Of a stretch of DNA of 64,000 nucleotides, positions 1 to 9,588 are shown piece by piece (within the stretch, counting starts at the first letter, position 1; each line of letters opens with the position of its first letter). The notes beneath the pieces were generated by a model. That model was not told where the DNA came from and searched no databases. It saw only the letters and a list, made by a program, of their open reading frames with translations. This stretch comes from a virus. The position numbers and the translations under genes were made by a program. The stretch is from the IMG/VR virus record IMGVR_UViG_3300016457_000282, positions 64,001 to 128,000 of that record; one strand, 5' to 3'.

Positions 1-573
1 GATGCTTTCGGTAAAGAACATGTTTGGTTCTGTATTGGTGCTGATTCATATGTTATTCGTAGAGAGCTCAATCTTGTCAAATCTCACTGTAATGATGCTT
101 ACTGTATTGCTATCAACAAACTGATGCGAAACAACGTTGAAATCAAACATGAACCATTCATCGATAAACATGTGGTACGTTTTGAACAGAAACGACAGCA
201 TAATCGTAGAATGAAGAATAGCGAACGTAATCGATTGTACTATGTCATCAAAAACAAGAAGTGTATTCGTGTAGCTACGAATCGAAATGGAAATCCAGAG
301 TCATTTCATAACGTATACAGTACGAAAATTCTACCACTGTTAAAACAGGGTTATCAAGTCAAAGTAAATCCTGGTGTCAAAGGCTATCGAAAGAAGTTCT
401 CTGAAGTTGGATTCAAGGAAGGTGCTACAATTGAAATCGACAATCATATTGATGTGTTGAAGGGTTATAGTTTGACAGGTGGATTTGGATATACATACGA
501 TGGAACACGATTCAAGCTTAAGGATATGAATGTAGTATATCCATATGGAGGATGGAAATGCGTAGAAACATAA
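1..573 (+). CDS. iscB: IscB, C-terminal part (mirror copy cut by window edge)
   Basis: Frame open from base 1 (DAFGKEH...SHCNDAYCIA); mirror of 21858-22430. Confidence 0.9.
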   Translation, partial: DAFGKEHVWFCIGADSYVIRRELNLVKSHCNDAYCIAINKLMRNNVEIKHEPFIDKHVVRFEQKRQHNRRMKNSERNRLYYVIKNKKCIRVATNRNGNPESFHNVYSTKILPLLKQGYQVKVNPGVKGYRKKFSEVGFKEGATIEIDNHIDVLKGYSLTGGFGYTYDGTRFKLKDMNVVYPYGGWKCVET

Positions 574-577
574 CACA

Positions 578-618
578 GATTCATTCATGCGCTAAAGCAT
601 CATGGCTTTCTCTGTATG
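578..618 (+). mobile_element. IS200/IS605-type right-end hairpin of the IscB element (mirror copy)
   Basis: GATTCATTCATGCGCTAAAGCATCATGGCTTTCTCTG just after the iscB stop. Confidence 0.75.
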
Positions 619-771
619 GAGATTGTAAAGAGTATGTAACTAGTTTCTTTGAAGTTCGTTGGTGGAGTACGAAAGAAGGGCGTTATAAGAAAACGAAAGT
701 GAGTATCAGGCGGAATGGTGGATATAAGAAAGCTCTAAGAAAGACTTTGGAAGTTCAACAGGAGAAGGAAA

Positions 772-1053
772 ATGCGGAAGCAAACTAAGATCTGGACTAC
801 TAAAGATGGCCGTAAAATCAGGATTTGTGATATGACTGATGAACATTTGTTGAACACAATTAAGCTGCTCAGAAGAGCGAAAGAGAAGGTTGTATTAGAA
901 GGTTACAAGACTCTTTGTTTCCTAAGAGGTGAGCAAGCTACCTTCGATCTAGAGTGTGAGCTTTATCACCTCGAGGTTGGCGACATCGACGTTTTTCATC
1001 CCTTAGGTGAGGCCCTATTACAAGAGGTTCACAGAAGAGGGTTGAGAGTGTAA
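772..1053 (+). CDS. Hypothetical phage protein
   Basis: ORF with upstream RBS; WTTKDG..I..M...HL.N pattern. Confidence 0.7.
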   Translation: MRKQTKIWTTKDGRKIRICDMTDEHLLNTIKLLRRAKEKVVLEGYKTLCFLRGEQATFDLECELYHLEVGDIDVFHPLGEALLQEVHRRGLRV

Positions 1054-1235
1054 GAAGTTGTTATGAGTAGAGAACGGTTGAAATTTTAACCGGTACGTAG
1101 AGAAGAAATTAACTGTGAAGTACTTTTGTGGAAGTTTGATGCTAAGAAAATTGAGTTGTACAGTTTCACTAAACATAGTGATATCTACGCTTTAGCGAAA
1201 CGTTAGTATCTCTTAGAATTCTGAAAGGAGCAAAC

Positions 1236-1610
1236 ATGATGATACATGTTACTCTAGATAATTTACTGATGACAGTTGCGAAATACTTTGAAGATTGTAG
1301 GTTCGACGACAGAGTGCACTTAGGACTAGGAGATATACGACTGACGATCGGGATGCAAGAGGAAATATTAAGGATGATAGCTGAAGCAACCGGTAAAGAG
1401 TTTGACAACATTGACTCAGTGTCGACAGAGATGAAGGAGAAAGAAAAGAGGGTCGAGCGTTACTTCTCTAACACAGCCGATGATCAGTTAGCTGTTGCTG
1501 TAGAAAAAGCAAGTTACTCATTCTACAAGAATGTTAATCCCGAGAACGACGGACTCAGGCTAGCACCTAGTCAAAAGAGTCCTACTAATAAAACCAAGGA
1601 GGTAAGGTAA
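1236..1610 (+). CDS. Hypothetical protein
   Basis: AAGGAG RBS; overlaps the start of the next gene. Confidence 0.7.
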   Translation: MMIHVTLDNLLMTVAKYFEDCRFDDRVHLGLGDIRLTIGMQEEILRMIAEATGKEFDNIDSVSTEMKEKEKRVERYFSNTADDQLAVAVEKASYSFYKNVNPENDGLRLAPSQKSPTNKTKEVR

Positions 1611-2080
1611 TGGATAGTTTAGTTCTAGTACTTAACGGTGAGAGAAACACTGAAATGGTAGAGGAGAAAGATGAGAAAGGGATCTTAAGTTATGTTTATG
1701 CTGAGAAGAGTTACTACGGAAAGATTGTAGTTGAAATAGAGGACGGTGAAGGAAGCTACTTCACCGAGGATGGGACATCATCTTGGACGATACCTAGTGA
1801 ATTGGTACAAAAGATAATCGGGCGAGAAAAAAGAATATCGGAGCTCGAATTGGAATTAGGCAAATCGCTAGGAGGTTGTGATGCTGAGATCGAGGATTAC
1901 CGACAAAAAGTTCAGGAGTTAGCATCGAAGTTGGAGGAGAAACAAGAAATGAAGGAAATAGAGGTCTTCCAGTGCAGAAGACATAACCGAGTCTTATCAG
2001 CATCGGAGCTAAGAGATCTCCGAGCCGGCGGTTTTGAGGTAGAGGATATTATCAAACTTAGAGAAGCCCAATTAATCTAA
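1610..2080 (+). CDS. Hypothetical coiled-coil protein
   Basis: GGAGGT RBS; TAATG translational coupling. Confidence 0.75.
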   Translation: MDSLVLVLNGERNTEMVEEKDEKGILSYVYAEKSYYGKIVVEIEDGEGSYFTEDGTSSWTIPSELVQKIIGREKRISELELELGKSLGGCDAEIEDYRQKVQELASKLEEKQEMKEIEVFQCRRHNRVLSASELRDLRAGGFEVEDIIKLREAQLI

Positions 2081-2171
2081 CGCATTATTTGGTTAGTTGA
2101 ACGAATACTTGTTACGTACTCTTTTTTTTATTTAAAAAACTTTTAATTTTTCTTGCAGAGGAGGTGCGTTA

Positions 2172-2414
2172 ATGAGCGTAGAAGGAGAGAAAATGCCAGA
2201 GAAGGTAGTGGTCACCTCTGATCAAGAAGTTTGGGTTAAGGAGAGGATAAGAACGGCGATTCAGATGGCAATGTCATTGAAACAAGCTAGAAAAGTTCAA
2301 GCAGACCACTATGCTTATACGTACGGTTTAGATGGCGTGATTGAGGGAACTGCGCTCGAGATAATCCACTTACTTGGTCTGGAGCCATCGTACGTGAATT
2401 TAAGGCGAAGATGA
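2172..2414 (+). CDS. Hypothetical protein
   Basis: GGAGGTG RBS. Confidence 0.7.
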   Translation: MSVEGEKMPEKVVVTSDQEVWVKERIRTAIQMAMSLKQARKVQADHYAYTYGLDGVIEGTALEIIHLLGLEPSYVNLRRR

Positions 2415-2478
2415 ATTTTGGGTAGTCTGTAACGTTCGAGAAGCCGCATTCTAATAGCTTACTAAAAGGAGGAAAGTT

Positions 2479-2733
2479 ATGGCATGGCTAACACTTAAAC
2501 CAGTGAAGGAGTTTTTGACAAACAAAACTATCAAAAGGATTGATACCAGTGATTGGCCCGAAGCAGTAATAGTTTTTACTGATGATACAGCTGTGAGATT
2601 GATACCTTGTGTTGATGTCAAAAATTCACTTACCTTTACAGGAGGAGATGTAAGTGTGTCTCCTTATATCCTAGCTACTCCATTGAAGCTGGAGAATGGA
2701 GAGTTTAAAGTTGTTCAATTGGAAATTCACTGA
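2479..2733 (+). CDS. Hypothetical protein
   Basis: AAGGAGG RBS. Confidence 0.7.
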   Translation: MAWLTLKPVKEFLTNKTIKRIDTSDWPEAVIVFTDDTAVRLIPCVDVKNSLTFTGGDVSVSPYILATPLKLENGEFKVVQLEIH

Positions 2734-2745
2734 GGAGGTTATACG

Positions 2746-2946
2746 GTGAAGGACCACAAAAATGAGTGGTTAGCGAAAGTGTTTCCTCTTTGGTTCAAAG
2801 TAATCAAAGGTAATCCTTATAGGTTGCCTATAGGAAAGGTATTACGAGGGCGATACAAAGATGGCGATGCTTCTCCATTTCCCGTAGAATTACAAGGCAA
2901 TCAAATGTATCAAATGAAGTTGGAAGAAGTTGAAGAAATTAAATGA
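2746..2946 (+). CDS. Hypothetical protein
   Basis: GGAGGT RBS, GTG start. Confidence 0.55.
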   Translation: MKDHKNEWLAKVFPLWFKVIKGNPYRLPIGKVLRGRYKDGDASPFPVELQGNQMYQMKLEEVEEIK

Positions 2947-3950
2947 AGGAGAGAAACATGGATAAAGAGGAATTAGCGCAGATATTAAAGGAACACAAAA
3001 AGTGGTTGACAGGGAAGGGAGGAGGAACTAAAGCTGATTTAAGAGGAGTTGATTTAAAAGGAGTTGATTTTTCAAAGGCTAACTTGAGAAAAGCTAACTT
3101 TAAAGACGCTAATCTTACAGGAGCTAACTTTAGAGAAGCTAATCTTAGCTGGGCTAATCTTCAAAGAGCCGATCTTAGAGAAGCTAATCTCATAGGAGCT
3201 AATCTTAAGAAAGCTATTCTCGCGGAAGTTGATCTCCAAGGAGCCGATCTCACGGAAGTTGATCTCACGGGAGCTAACCTCTGGAGAGCTAATCTTAAGG
3301 AAGCTGATCTCGCGAGGGCTGATCTCAGAGGAGTTGATCTCAGGGAAGTTGATCTCTCGAGAGCTAATCTTACAGGAGCTAATCTCAGGAAAGCTATTCT
3401 CACGGAAGGTGATCTTGAGGAAGCTAATCTCACAGGAGCTGACCTTTGGAGAGCTAATCTTAAGGAAGCTGATCTCGCGAGGGCTGATCTCAGAGGAGTT
3501 GATCTCACAGGAGCTGATCTTAGGGAAGCTAATCTCACAGAGGCTGACTTTAGGGAAGCTAATCTTAAGGAAGCTATTCTCACGGAAGCTGATCTTAGAG
3601 GAGTTAATCTCAAGGATGCCAGAATAAATTATTTGACCACGGGCATCCACCCAGCACCGGAAGGAGATCTAATTGGTTGGGGAAAGAAAGACGGGTACAT
3701 CGTCAAACTCCTCATCCCTAAAGAAGCTCGCCGGTCATGTGCTACAACAAGAAAGTATAGAGCAGAATATGCTATTTGTTTAGAGGTAGAGGGAACAGAT
3801 GAGGTAATAGTAAAGAATAGTCATGCTACCGCCGTTTATCGACCTGGAGAAAAGGTGGTAGCACATGAATGGTGTGAGGATAGATGGCAAGAATGTGCGG
3901 GAGGAATTCATTTCTTTCTGACTAGAGAAGAAGCAGAAGCATGGGGTTAG
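2943..3950 (+). CDS. Pentapeptide-repeat protein with C-terminal DUF5758-like domain (start probably 2958)
   Basis: Long run of A(D/N)Lxx repeats, then PEGDLIGWGKK..IVKL.IP..ARRSCATTRK.RA..GIHFF. Confidence 0.9.
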   Translation: MKERNMDKEELAQILKEHKKWLTGKGGGTKADLRGVDLKGVDFSKANLRKANFKDANLTGANFREANLSWANLQRADLREANLIGANLKKAILAEVDLQGADLTEVDLTGANLWRANLKEADLARADLRGVDLREVDLSRANLTGANLRKAILTEGDLEEANLTGADLWRANLKEADLARADLRGVDLTGADLREANLTEADFREANLKEAILTEADLRGVNLKDARINYLTTGIHPAPEGDLIGWGKKDGYIVKLLIPKEARRSCATTRKYRAEYAICLEVEGTDEVIVKNSHATAVYRPGEKVVAHEWCEDRWQECAGGIHFFLTREEAEAWG

Positions 3951-3973
3951 ATAAATAGTAGAAGGAGGAAAAC

Positions 3974-4717
3974 ATGAATAAGGAGGAATTAGCGCAAATA
4001 TTAAAGAACCACGAAAAGTGGCTGACAGGAAAAAAGGGAACAAAAGCTAATCTGGAAGAGGTTGATTTGAGAGGAGTTGATCTCACAAGAGCTGATCTTA
4101 GGGAAGCTAATCTCAGAGGAGCCGACCTCTGGAGAGCTAATCTCTGGAGAGCTGATCTCTGGGGAGCTAACCTCAGAGAAGCTAACCTCAGAGGAGCTGA
4201 TCTCTGGGAAGCTAACCTTTGGGAAGCTAATCTCAGAGGAGCTAATCTCTGGGAAGCTAACCTCTGGAGAGCTAATCTTAAGGAAGCTGATCTCACAGGC
4301 GCTGATCTCAGAGGAGCTGATCTCACAGGCGCTGATCTCACGGGAGCTAATCTCAGGGATATCAGAATAAATTATTTAACCGTGGGTATCCACCCAGCAC
4401 CAGAAGGGGATCTAATTGGTTGGGGAAAGAAAAACGGCCACATCGTCAAACTCCTTATCCCTAAAGAAGCTCGCCGGTCATGTGCTACAACAAGAAAGTA
4501 TAGAGCAGAATATGCTATTTGTTTGGAAATCGAAGGAGCAGATGAGGTAAAAGTAGAAAATTACTATGCTACTGCGATTTACCGGTCCGGAGAAAAAGTG
4601 GTAGCACATGAGTGGTGTGAGGATAGATGGCAAGAATGTGCAGGAGGAATTCATTTCTTCCTGACTAGAGAGGAAGCAGAAAATTGGGTTGACTCAAAGG
4701 AGGTAAACCATGATTAA
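3974..4717 (+). CDS. Pentapeptide-repeat protein, tandem paralog
   Basis: Same architecture with a shorter Trp-rich repeat block. Confidence 0.9.
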   Translation: MNKEELAQILKNHEKWLTGKKGTKANLEEVDLRGVDLTRADLREANLRGADLWRANLWRADLWGANLREANLRGADLWEANLWEANLRGANLWEANLWRANLKEADLTGADLRGADLTGADLTGANLRDIRINYLTVGIHPAPEGDLIGWGKKNGHIVKLLIPKEARRSCATTRKYRAEYAICLEIEGADEVKVENYYATAIYRSGEKVVAHEWCEDRWQECAGGIHFFLTREEAENWVDSKEVNHD

Positions 4718-5009
4718 AGAAGTGTTCCTTTTCACAAACCGGAATTTACTCGTCCTTGATGAAAAAGGTGAGCAAATAGCTGATATACAAAGAGTGATAG
4801 GATGGGGAACTGAATGGTTTGAGCATGAACGCGAAGAAGAGGCTTTAGAAAGGATTATTCAAGATAGACCTAAAATTTACTTAGCGAATTATGTTAAAGG
4901 ATGGAAGCATGAAATTACTGTTGATGAATTTTGTTCACTGCTGGGTCACGGGCCTTGGTATTGGGAAAAGTATAAGAAAAGTAAGGCTAATAAAGAGGAA
5001 GAGTATTGA
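4710..5009 (+). CDS. Hypothetical protein
   Basis: AAGGAGGT RBS. Confidence 0.7.
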   Translation: MIKEVFLFTNRNLLVLDEKGEQIADIQRVIGWGTEWFEHEREEEALERIIQDRPKIYLANYVKGWKHEITVDEFCSLLGHGPWYWEKYKKSKANKEEEY

Positions 5010-5048
5010 CATCCTCTCTTACCCAGAGGGAAGGGGCCTTGCAGGCTC
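5004..5048 (+). mobile_element. Solo IS605-like end hairpin, family B
   Basis: TATTGACATCCTCTCTTACCCAGAGGGAAGGGGCCTTGCAGGCTC; similar copy at 53434-53479 (-). Confidence 0.45.
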
Positions 5049-5084
5049 AAATTAGAAAAAGAAGAAAGTGCTCAGGGGGTTGAA

Positions 5085-5903
5085 ATGTTACATTTATGGC
5101 ACCGCTGGAAATATGTGTACAAATATTCAGGTACTGAATGTTTCGAAGAAGTAGAACTTCCTCAATTTAGACGCGCTTATAGAATTTGTACGCAGTGCGG
5201 CAAAGTGCAAGAACGTTTTACGCACTTTGATGGTGGCGTGTCTTGGTATAACTTACACGGAGTCAAGAAAAGAATCTTAATGCGGAGACTTGTTGATAAA
5301 GGAGACCACTATTATCTTCGGCCACGTGCACAAGTCAAAAGTACTGACGCCGCGCATAAGCGCCGATTAAAACAATTATTGATTGATTATGCTCTAATTT
5401 TCGATGATGTTAAACTTTCGTCCGGTAGTCAAAGTACCTACTATATTGATGCTAGAATGGTTACAACTTCGTCAGAAGGAGCGTCAATTATAGCTGAGAT
5501 AATGAGAGATGTAATTGAAGAGGTTGATGCAGTTGGTGGCCCTACAATTGGTGCTGATCCAATACTTGGAGCACTTGCGGGCAAAGGTTACTATCGTACT
5601 TTTATCATCAGAAAAGAGCCTAAAGAATACGGCTTGTGTAAATGGATTGAAGGTCAGCTTACAGAGAAAGACAAGAGAGTGGCTATTGTAGATGATGTGG
5701 CAACAACAGGGCGTTCTCTGGTGAAAGCAATCCAAACTGTCAAGGGCCACTTTCCTCATATCAACATAGCTAAGGTCGTGGTCCTGGTTGATCGTGAGGA
5801 AGGGGCGAAAGAAGCCTTAAGCGAGCACAATTATCAATTAGTTAGTATTTTTAAAGCAAGTGAATTGATTAAAAAGTTGAAGGAAAAACAAAAAGAGGAA
5901 TAG
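5085..5903 (+). CDS. pyrE: Orotate phosphoribosyltransferase with ~90 aa N-terminal CxxC extension
   Basis: LSSG..S.YYID, RKE.K.YG, PRPP-binding VAIVDDVATTG.S, V.VDREEG. Confidence 0.9.
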   Translation: MLHLWHRWKYVYKYSGTECFEEVELPQFRRAYRICTQCGKVQERFTHFDGGVSWYNLHGVKKRILMRRLVDKGDHYYLRPRAQVKSTDAAHKRRLKQLLIDYALIFDDVKLSSGSQSTYYIDARMVTTSSEGASIIAEIMRDVIEEVDAVGGPTIGADPILGALAGKGYYRTFIIRKEPKEYGLCKWIEGQLTEKDKRVAIVDDVATTGRSLVKAIQTVKGHFPHINIAKVVVLVDREEGAKEALSEHNYQLVSIFKASELIKKLKEKQKEE

Positions 5904-5907
5904 GCAG

Positions 5908-6174
5908 ATGGATACATATAGAAAAAAGCCGGTTATAGTAAAAAGCAGAGCAATGGATGGGGAATTTACACCTGAGCTATTAGAGGCCTTACAATTGAGC
6001 GGGCGTCGTTTTGCTAAAGCCAGCGATGGAGATTTGCTAATTTCAACACTGAAGGGTATCATGCGAGCAACTAAAGAGGATTATATCATTTTGGTGTTAA
6101 TGGCGAGCCATACCCCCGCAAGCCCGATATTTTTGAAAGAACTTATGAAAAAGAAAGTGATAAAGGCGGTGTAA
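5908..6174 (+). pseudogene. Phage hypothetical protein, frameshift near 6090
   Basis: YRKKPV..TL.G.M.A...DYII continues in another frame as GVNGEPYPRKPDIFERTYE. Confidence 0.6.
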
Positions 6175-6176
6175 CT

Positions 6177-6401
6177 ATGTCAGAACAAGTATTTGCCATA
6201 CAGATGGTTATGGTAATGCGTTCAGACCTTCCTGATATTGTAGAGCGTCCTTGCGACAATTGTTTTTTCAAGGAAGGTTGCCCGTTTTCTGAGTTTTTGA
6301 TTGTGGATTGTCCTATGGTAGATAAAAAGCCAACAGAGGAAGATCAGGCCATGATTTTTGTGCCACAAGAAGGAAGACAGGTAAAGAGGAGGGATTATTG
6401 A
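6177..6401 (+). CDS. Small Cys-rich hypothetical protein
   Basis: CxxC-x5-C cluster. Confidence 0.55.
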   Translation: MSEQVFAIQMVMVMRSDLPDIVERPCDNCFFKEGCPFSEFLIVDCPMVDKKPTEEDQAMIFVPQEGRQVKRRDY

Positions 6402-6413
6402 GAAAGATTTTTA

Positions 6414-6798
6414 TTGATGAAAGAGAGGTATATAATAGACCTAAATGAACGTAGAGCAAAGTTTGTTTATGAAGGGGCTAGGTTACACGCTGTTCAATTA
6501 CGGTGTCCTGTCATTCCAAAACCATGGGATGAGCGGGAAAAGGAATTTAAAGAGCAATTCAGGGATTTAACTGCGGACTTGTGTTCTGGTAAAAAGAAAT
6601 TTCAAAACTCCGAAGAGGCTCATAACTCATGGATGAAGAAATACCTTGAAAATGGGATGGAAGTATGGCGAAAAATATGATCCAGAAAACAAAATTCATC
6701 CAGACTTAGTGCCTTACAATAAACTTCCCTTAGAAGAACAAGTCAAAGATGAGGTATTTGTCCGGCTAGTTGAAATCGCACGGGACTGTATTTGGTAA
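6414..6798 (+). pseudogene. RyR-domain protein, frameshift in the A-run near 6650
   Basis: AHNSW..K then, in shifted frame, GWKYGEKYDPENKIHPDLVPYNKLPLEEQVKD. Confidence 0.75.
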
Positions 6799-6918
6799 AT
6801 AAGGACACCAACGATGACAGAGAGGAAAATTGACTTCATTGACCTAATAGCAAATGACATCCTAAGCCTAGCCAAAAACTGACCCGTAAGTGGCGAGGTT
6901 GCTGCTATCCACGGAGTA

Positions 6919-7150
6919 TGGATTGAAGGTCAGCTTACAGAGAAAGATGAAAGAGTAGCTATCATAGATGATGTAGCAACGACTGGGCGTTCTTTGGTGA
7001 AAGCAATCCAAACCGTCAAGGATCACTTTCCCCACATTTAAGTGGTTAAGATAGTAGTATTAGTTGATCGTGAAGAAGGTGTGGAACAAGTTTTGACCAA
7101 ACACGGTTTTTCAGTTGGTTAGTATTTTCAAGGTAAGTCAGTTAATTTCT
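6919..7150 (+). pseudogene. pyrE: Degenerate second copy of the 3' half of pyrE
   Basis: WIEGQLTEKDERVAIIDDVATTGRSLVKAIQTVK matches 5643 onward; internal stop and frameshift. Confidence 0.85.
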
Positions 7151-7167
7151 AAAGGAGGTAATGAAAA

Positions 7168-7557
7168 ATGATAGTTGAAACACATAAGTGTGAGTGGTGT
7201 GGAAAGATCACTCTCGATGTTCATGCGGAAAAAGGATGGGTCTTTTTTGACGACCTTGGAACGCATATTGTTAAAGGAGAAACTGGAGAAGGTTGTTCCA
7301 GTTTCATTACGTCTTTCGAATCTCTTAGGTATACGGGCAGTGGCTCTCTTGATTTCTGTTCGTTAAAGTGTTTCTTAGGTTGGTTACTATTATCTAATAG
7401 AACTAACGGAGACCGTAGTTTGCCTTCGGAAAAACGAAAGCAGCTCGTAGAAGAGTTGTTGAAAAGTAGTGGAATTATACAGACCTGTGATTCGTTTCTA
7501 ACTAAGAGACAGGAGAATGAAAGCGGTATGAACCTAAGTGAGCAGAAAGAAGATTGA
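7168..7557 (+). CDS. Hypothetical Zn-binding protein
   Basis: CxxC ... DFCSxxC; AAGGAGGT RBS. Confidence 0.7.
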   Translation: MIVETHKCEWCGKITLDVHAEKGWVFFDDLGTHIVKGETGEGCSSFITSFESLRYTGSGSLDFCSLKCFLGWLLLSNRTNGDRSLPSEKRKQLVEELLKSSGIIQTCDSFLTKRQENESGMNLSEQKED

Positions 7558-7590
7558 AAACATACTCTGTTTAGTGGGAGGTGTTTATTT

Positions 7591-8085
7591 ATGGATTTAA
7601 AAGAAATGCTCTCGGTAGCGAAGAAGAAAGCAGATTCAAAGTATGAAGAATGCCCAGAATGTGAGGAGATTGCAAAGGATCTTATGCGCAGGTTTCCTAA
7701 CCTCTTAGAACATGCTAAGGAGGCTAACATTAGGTATTTGAAGAAGTGGAGTGAGAAGTCTCGTTACTTAGGCAAATGTTCAAGAGCGACTGGAAAATGG
7801 GCTTATTTAACCGGCTACGATTACGTAATTGAAGTATGGGCTGATTGGTGGGCAGGTGCGGAGCTGCAAGAAAAGGAAGCTTTGTTACTCCACGAGCTTC
7901 GTCATATCGTGAAAAGTATAACTAGTCAAGGAAAGGTCAAGTGGGGGCTGCGTCAACATGATGTGGAAGAGTTCTTTGATGTAGTTCGTATTTATGGCGC
8001 TTGGGATAATTCTCTTATGAAGTTGAAGAAAGTGTTAGAGGAGAGTGAAAATGAAAGTTGTGCAAGGGAAGAACACACTGATTAA
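7591..8085 (+). CDS. Putative phage metallopeptidase
   Basis: LLLHELRH ... HDVEEF...V..YG.W. Confidence 0.8.
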   Translation: MDLKEMLSVAKKKADSKYEECPECEEIAKDLMRRFPNLLEHAKEANIRYLKKWSEKSRYLGKCSRATGKWAYLTGYDYVIEVWADWWAGAELQEKEALLLHELRHIVKSITSQGKVKWGLRQHDVEEFFDVVRIYGAWDNSLMKLKKVLEESENESCAREEHTD

Positions 8086-8371
8086 TTGGCGCTTTTCGCC
8101 ATATACGGGCGAACCTGAAGTTGATTCTTGCTTAGTTGTGAGAACTTACCCGAAGAGCTTCTTGGAAGTAGCAGCTCAACTAGCACCTCCTGAAGTGCAG
8201 AAGGAACTAGAAGCTGAGGCTAGTGCTATTCGGGCCTTTTTCCTGCGACGACGTCATCATAGTGAATTACGTTTGTTGAATTTGAAGGATCTGGAACTGA
8301 CACTTGAGGGTGCAGAATTTTTGGTCAAGGAGGTTTTGCCTAAAGAGAGGTTGCTAGAATTGAGCAAATAG
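8045..8371 (+). CDS. Hypothetical protein
   Basis: ORF within a co-oriented gene run. Confidence 0.6.
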   Translation: MKMKVVQGKNTLINWRFSPYTGEPEVDSCLVVRTYPKSFLEVAAQLAPPEVQKELEAEASAIRAFFLRRRHHSELRLLNLKDLELTLEGAEFLVKEVLPKERLLELSK

Positions 8372-8381
8372 GAGGGTTTTC

Positions 8382-8672
8382 ATGAGCGCTGCTCAAATCA
8401 AAGAGTTGAAACAAACATGCTTTGCTTGTCCTTCTCAATGGGAGATTAAACTCGTTGACGGAAGGATGGTTTATGTTAGATATCGATGGGGCTATTTAAG
8501 TATAAAGATTTCTCCTAGTGTTACAGATGACATATTTGACGCGGTGAGAGGTAAGGAAATTCTAGGAGTACAACTAGGTTGTGGTTTAGATGGAGAGATT
8601 ACCGAAGAAGATATGATGGCGTATCTTACTAAGGCTTTGAAGGGTATTACACCCGTTGAAGAGGAGGTGTAG
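8382..8672 (+). CDS. Hypothetical phage protein
   Basis: QTC.ACPSQWE...DG...YVRYRWG.L pattern; GGAGG RBS. Confidence 0.75.
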   Translation: MSAAQIKELKQTCFACPSQWEIKLVDGRMVYVRYRWGYLSIKISPSVTDDIFDAVRGKEILGVQLGCGLDGEITEEDMMAYLTKALKGITPVEEEV

Positions 8673-8673
8673 G

Positions 8674-9588
8674 ATGGAGTTTGATGTAGTTAGAGAGTTT
8701 AGTGAAAGATGTTTTGATGTAGTGAGCCCTTTCCGCATGACACCGCAAGGACAGGTGGTTTTAGAAGGACAATTTTATCCCTTAACAGACTGGGCTAGGC
8801 AGCAAGTTTGTAAGTTAGCTGGATGTACACCTAAGTTCTTTGAGGCATTGGTTGAACATGAAGAATGTGAGGTTTTCAACAAAGTAGTTGGGGACAAGAT
8901 CCTCTTATTCAGAGGTGTCCGCGATTCTTCAGAGGATTATATTCGCGCTGTACTAAGTACACAGTACAACACTAGCATAAGTAACGTTTGGGTGATAGAC
9001 GAGATAATCAAAAAGGTCAACTTCGTAAAGGTACTAGCTAGTAAGGACGTCCAAATTAGCCTCGAGAAATTTGATGAAGACTTCTTAGGTGTTGGAGTTA
9101 GTGCTGGTGATATTGGACTTTTAGTCCTCAATGGAGAAACAGGACGTGTTGCTTTGTCTTTCTTAGTTAAAGTAGTACTTAACGGATTTCCTCTAACTAC
9201 CGTAATTCACAGAAAAATTCACACTAATTTAGACCCAACTGTTACTGAGGACATATTACTGGAAAGTGTGACAACAGTAGTTACTAAGGTAAACTCTCTA
9301 ACTGCAGATGTGTTGGAGAGAAAATTCAAAGTAAGGAAAGTTGATCTGAGACTGTTTTCTTACCCTCGAGAAGTAAAATCTGTTCTCTTTGATTTACCTC
9401 GACTTAAAGTAGATGACGTGACCGAAATTACCCTCTCGCAGTTACTTGAAAGAGCGAAGGAGATAGAAGACTTTAGGTGGAGCTTGATCTTGAGTTGTGA
9501 TCTGTATAATGTTTGTACATCATTTACGACTTACGTAAAGGAAGGGTGGATCGTAAGATGGCCGGTGAGAACGAATTGGCTAAAATGA
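8674..9588 (+). CDS. DUF932-like protein
   Basis: LT.WA..Q.C, RAVLS..Y, NGETG..AL; GGAGGT RBS before 8674. Confidence 0.55.
   Translation: MEFDVVREFSERCFDVVSPFRMTPQGQVVLEGQFYPLTDWARQQVCKLAGCTPKFFEALVEHEECEVFNKVVGDKILLFRGVRDSSEDYIRAVLSTQYNTSISNVWVIDEIIKKVNFVKVLASKDVQISLEKFDEDFLGVGVSAGDIGLLVLNGETGRVALSFLVKVVLNGFPLTTVIHRKIHTNLDPTVTEDILLESVTTVVTKVNSLTADVLERKFKVRKVDLRLFSYPREVKSVLFDLPRLKVDDVTEITLSQLLERAKEIEDFRWSLILSCDLYNVCTSFTTYVKEGWIVRWPVRTNWLK

Noticed and set aside
772-1053. WTTKDGRKIRI as a fifth copy of the effector tag
   Set aside because: It is part of a small stand-alone domain continuing M.D.HL.N, far from the virion module; the resemblance may be chance
3072-4370. Long overlapping ORFs in other frames and strands over the pentapeptide genes (and mirrors at 18061-19359)
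   Set aside because: Shadows of the 15 bp coding repeat; no RBS and low-complexity translations
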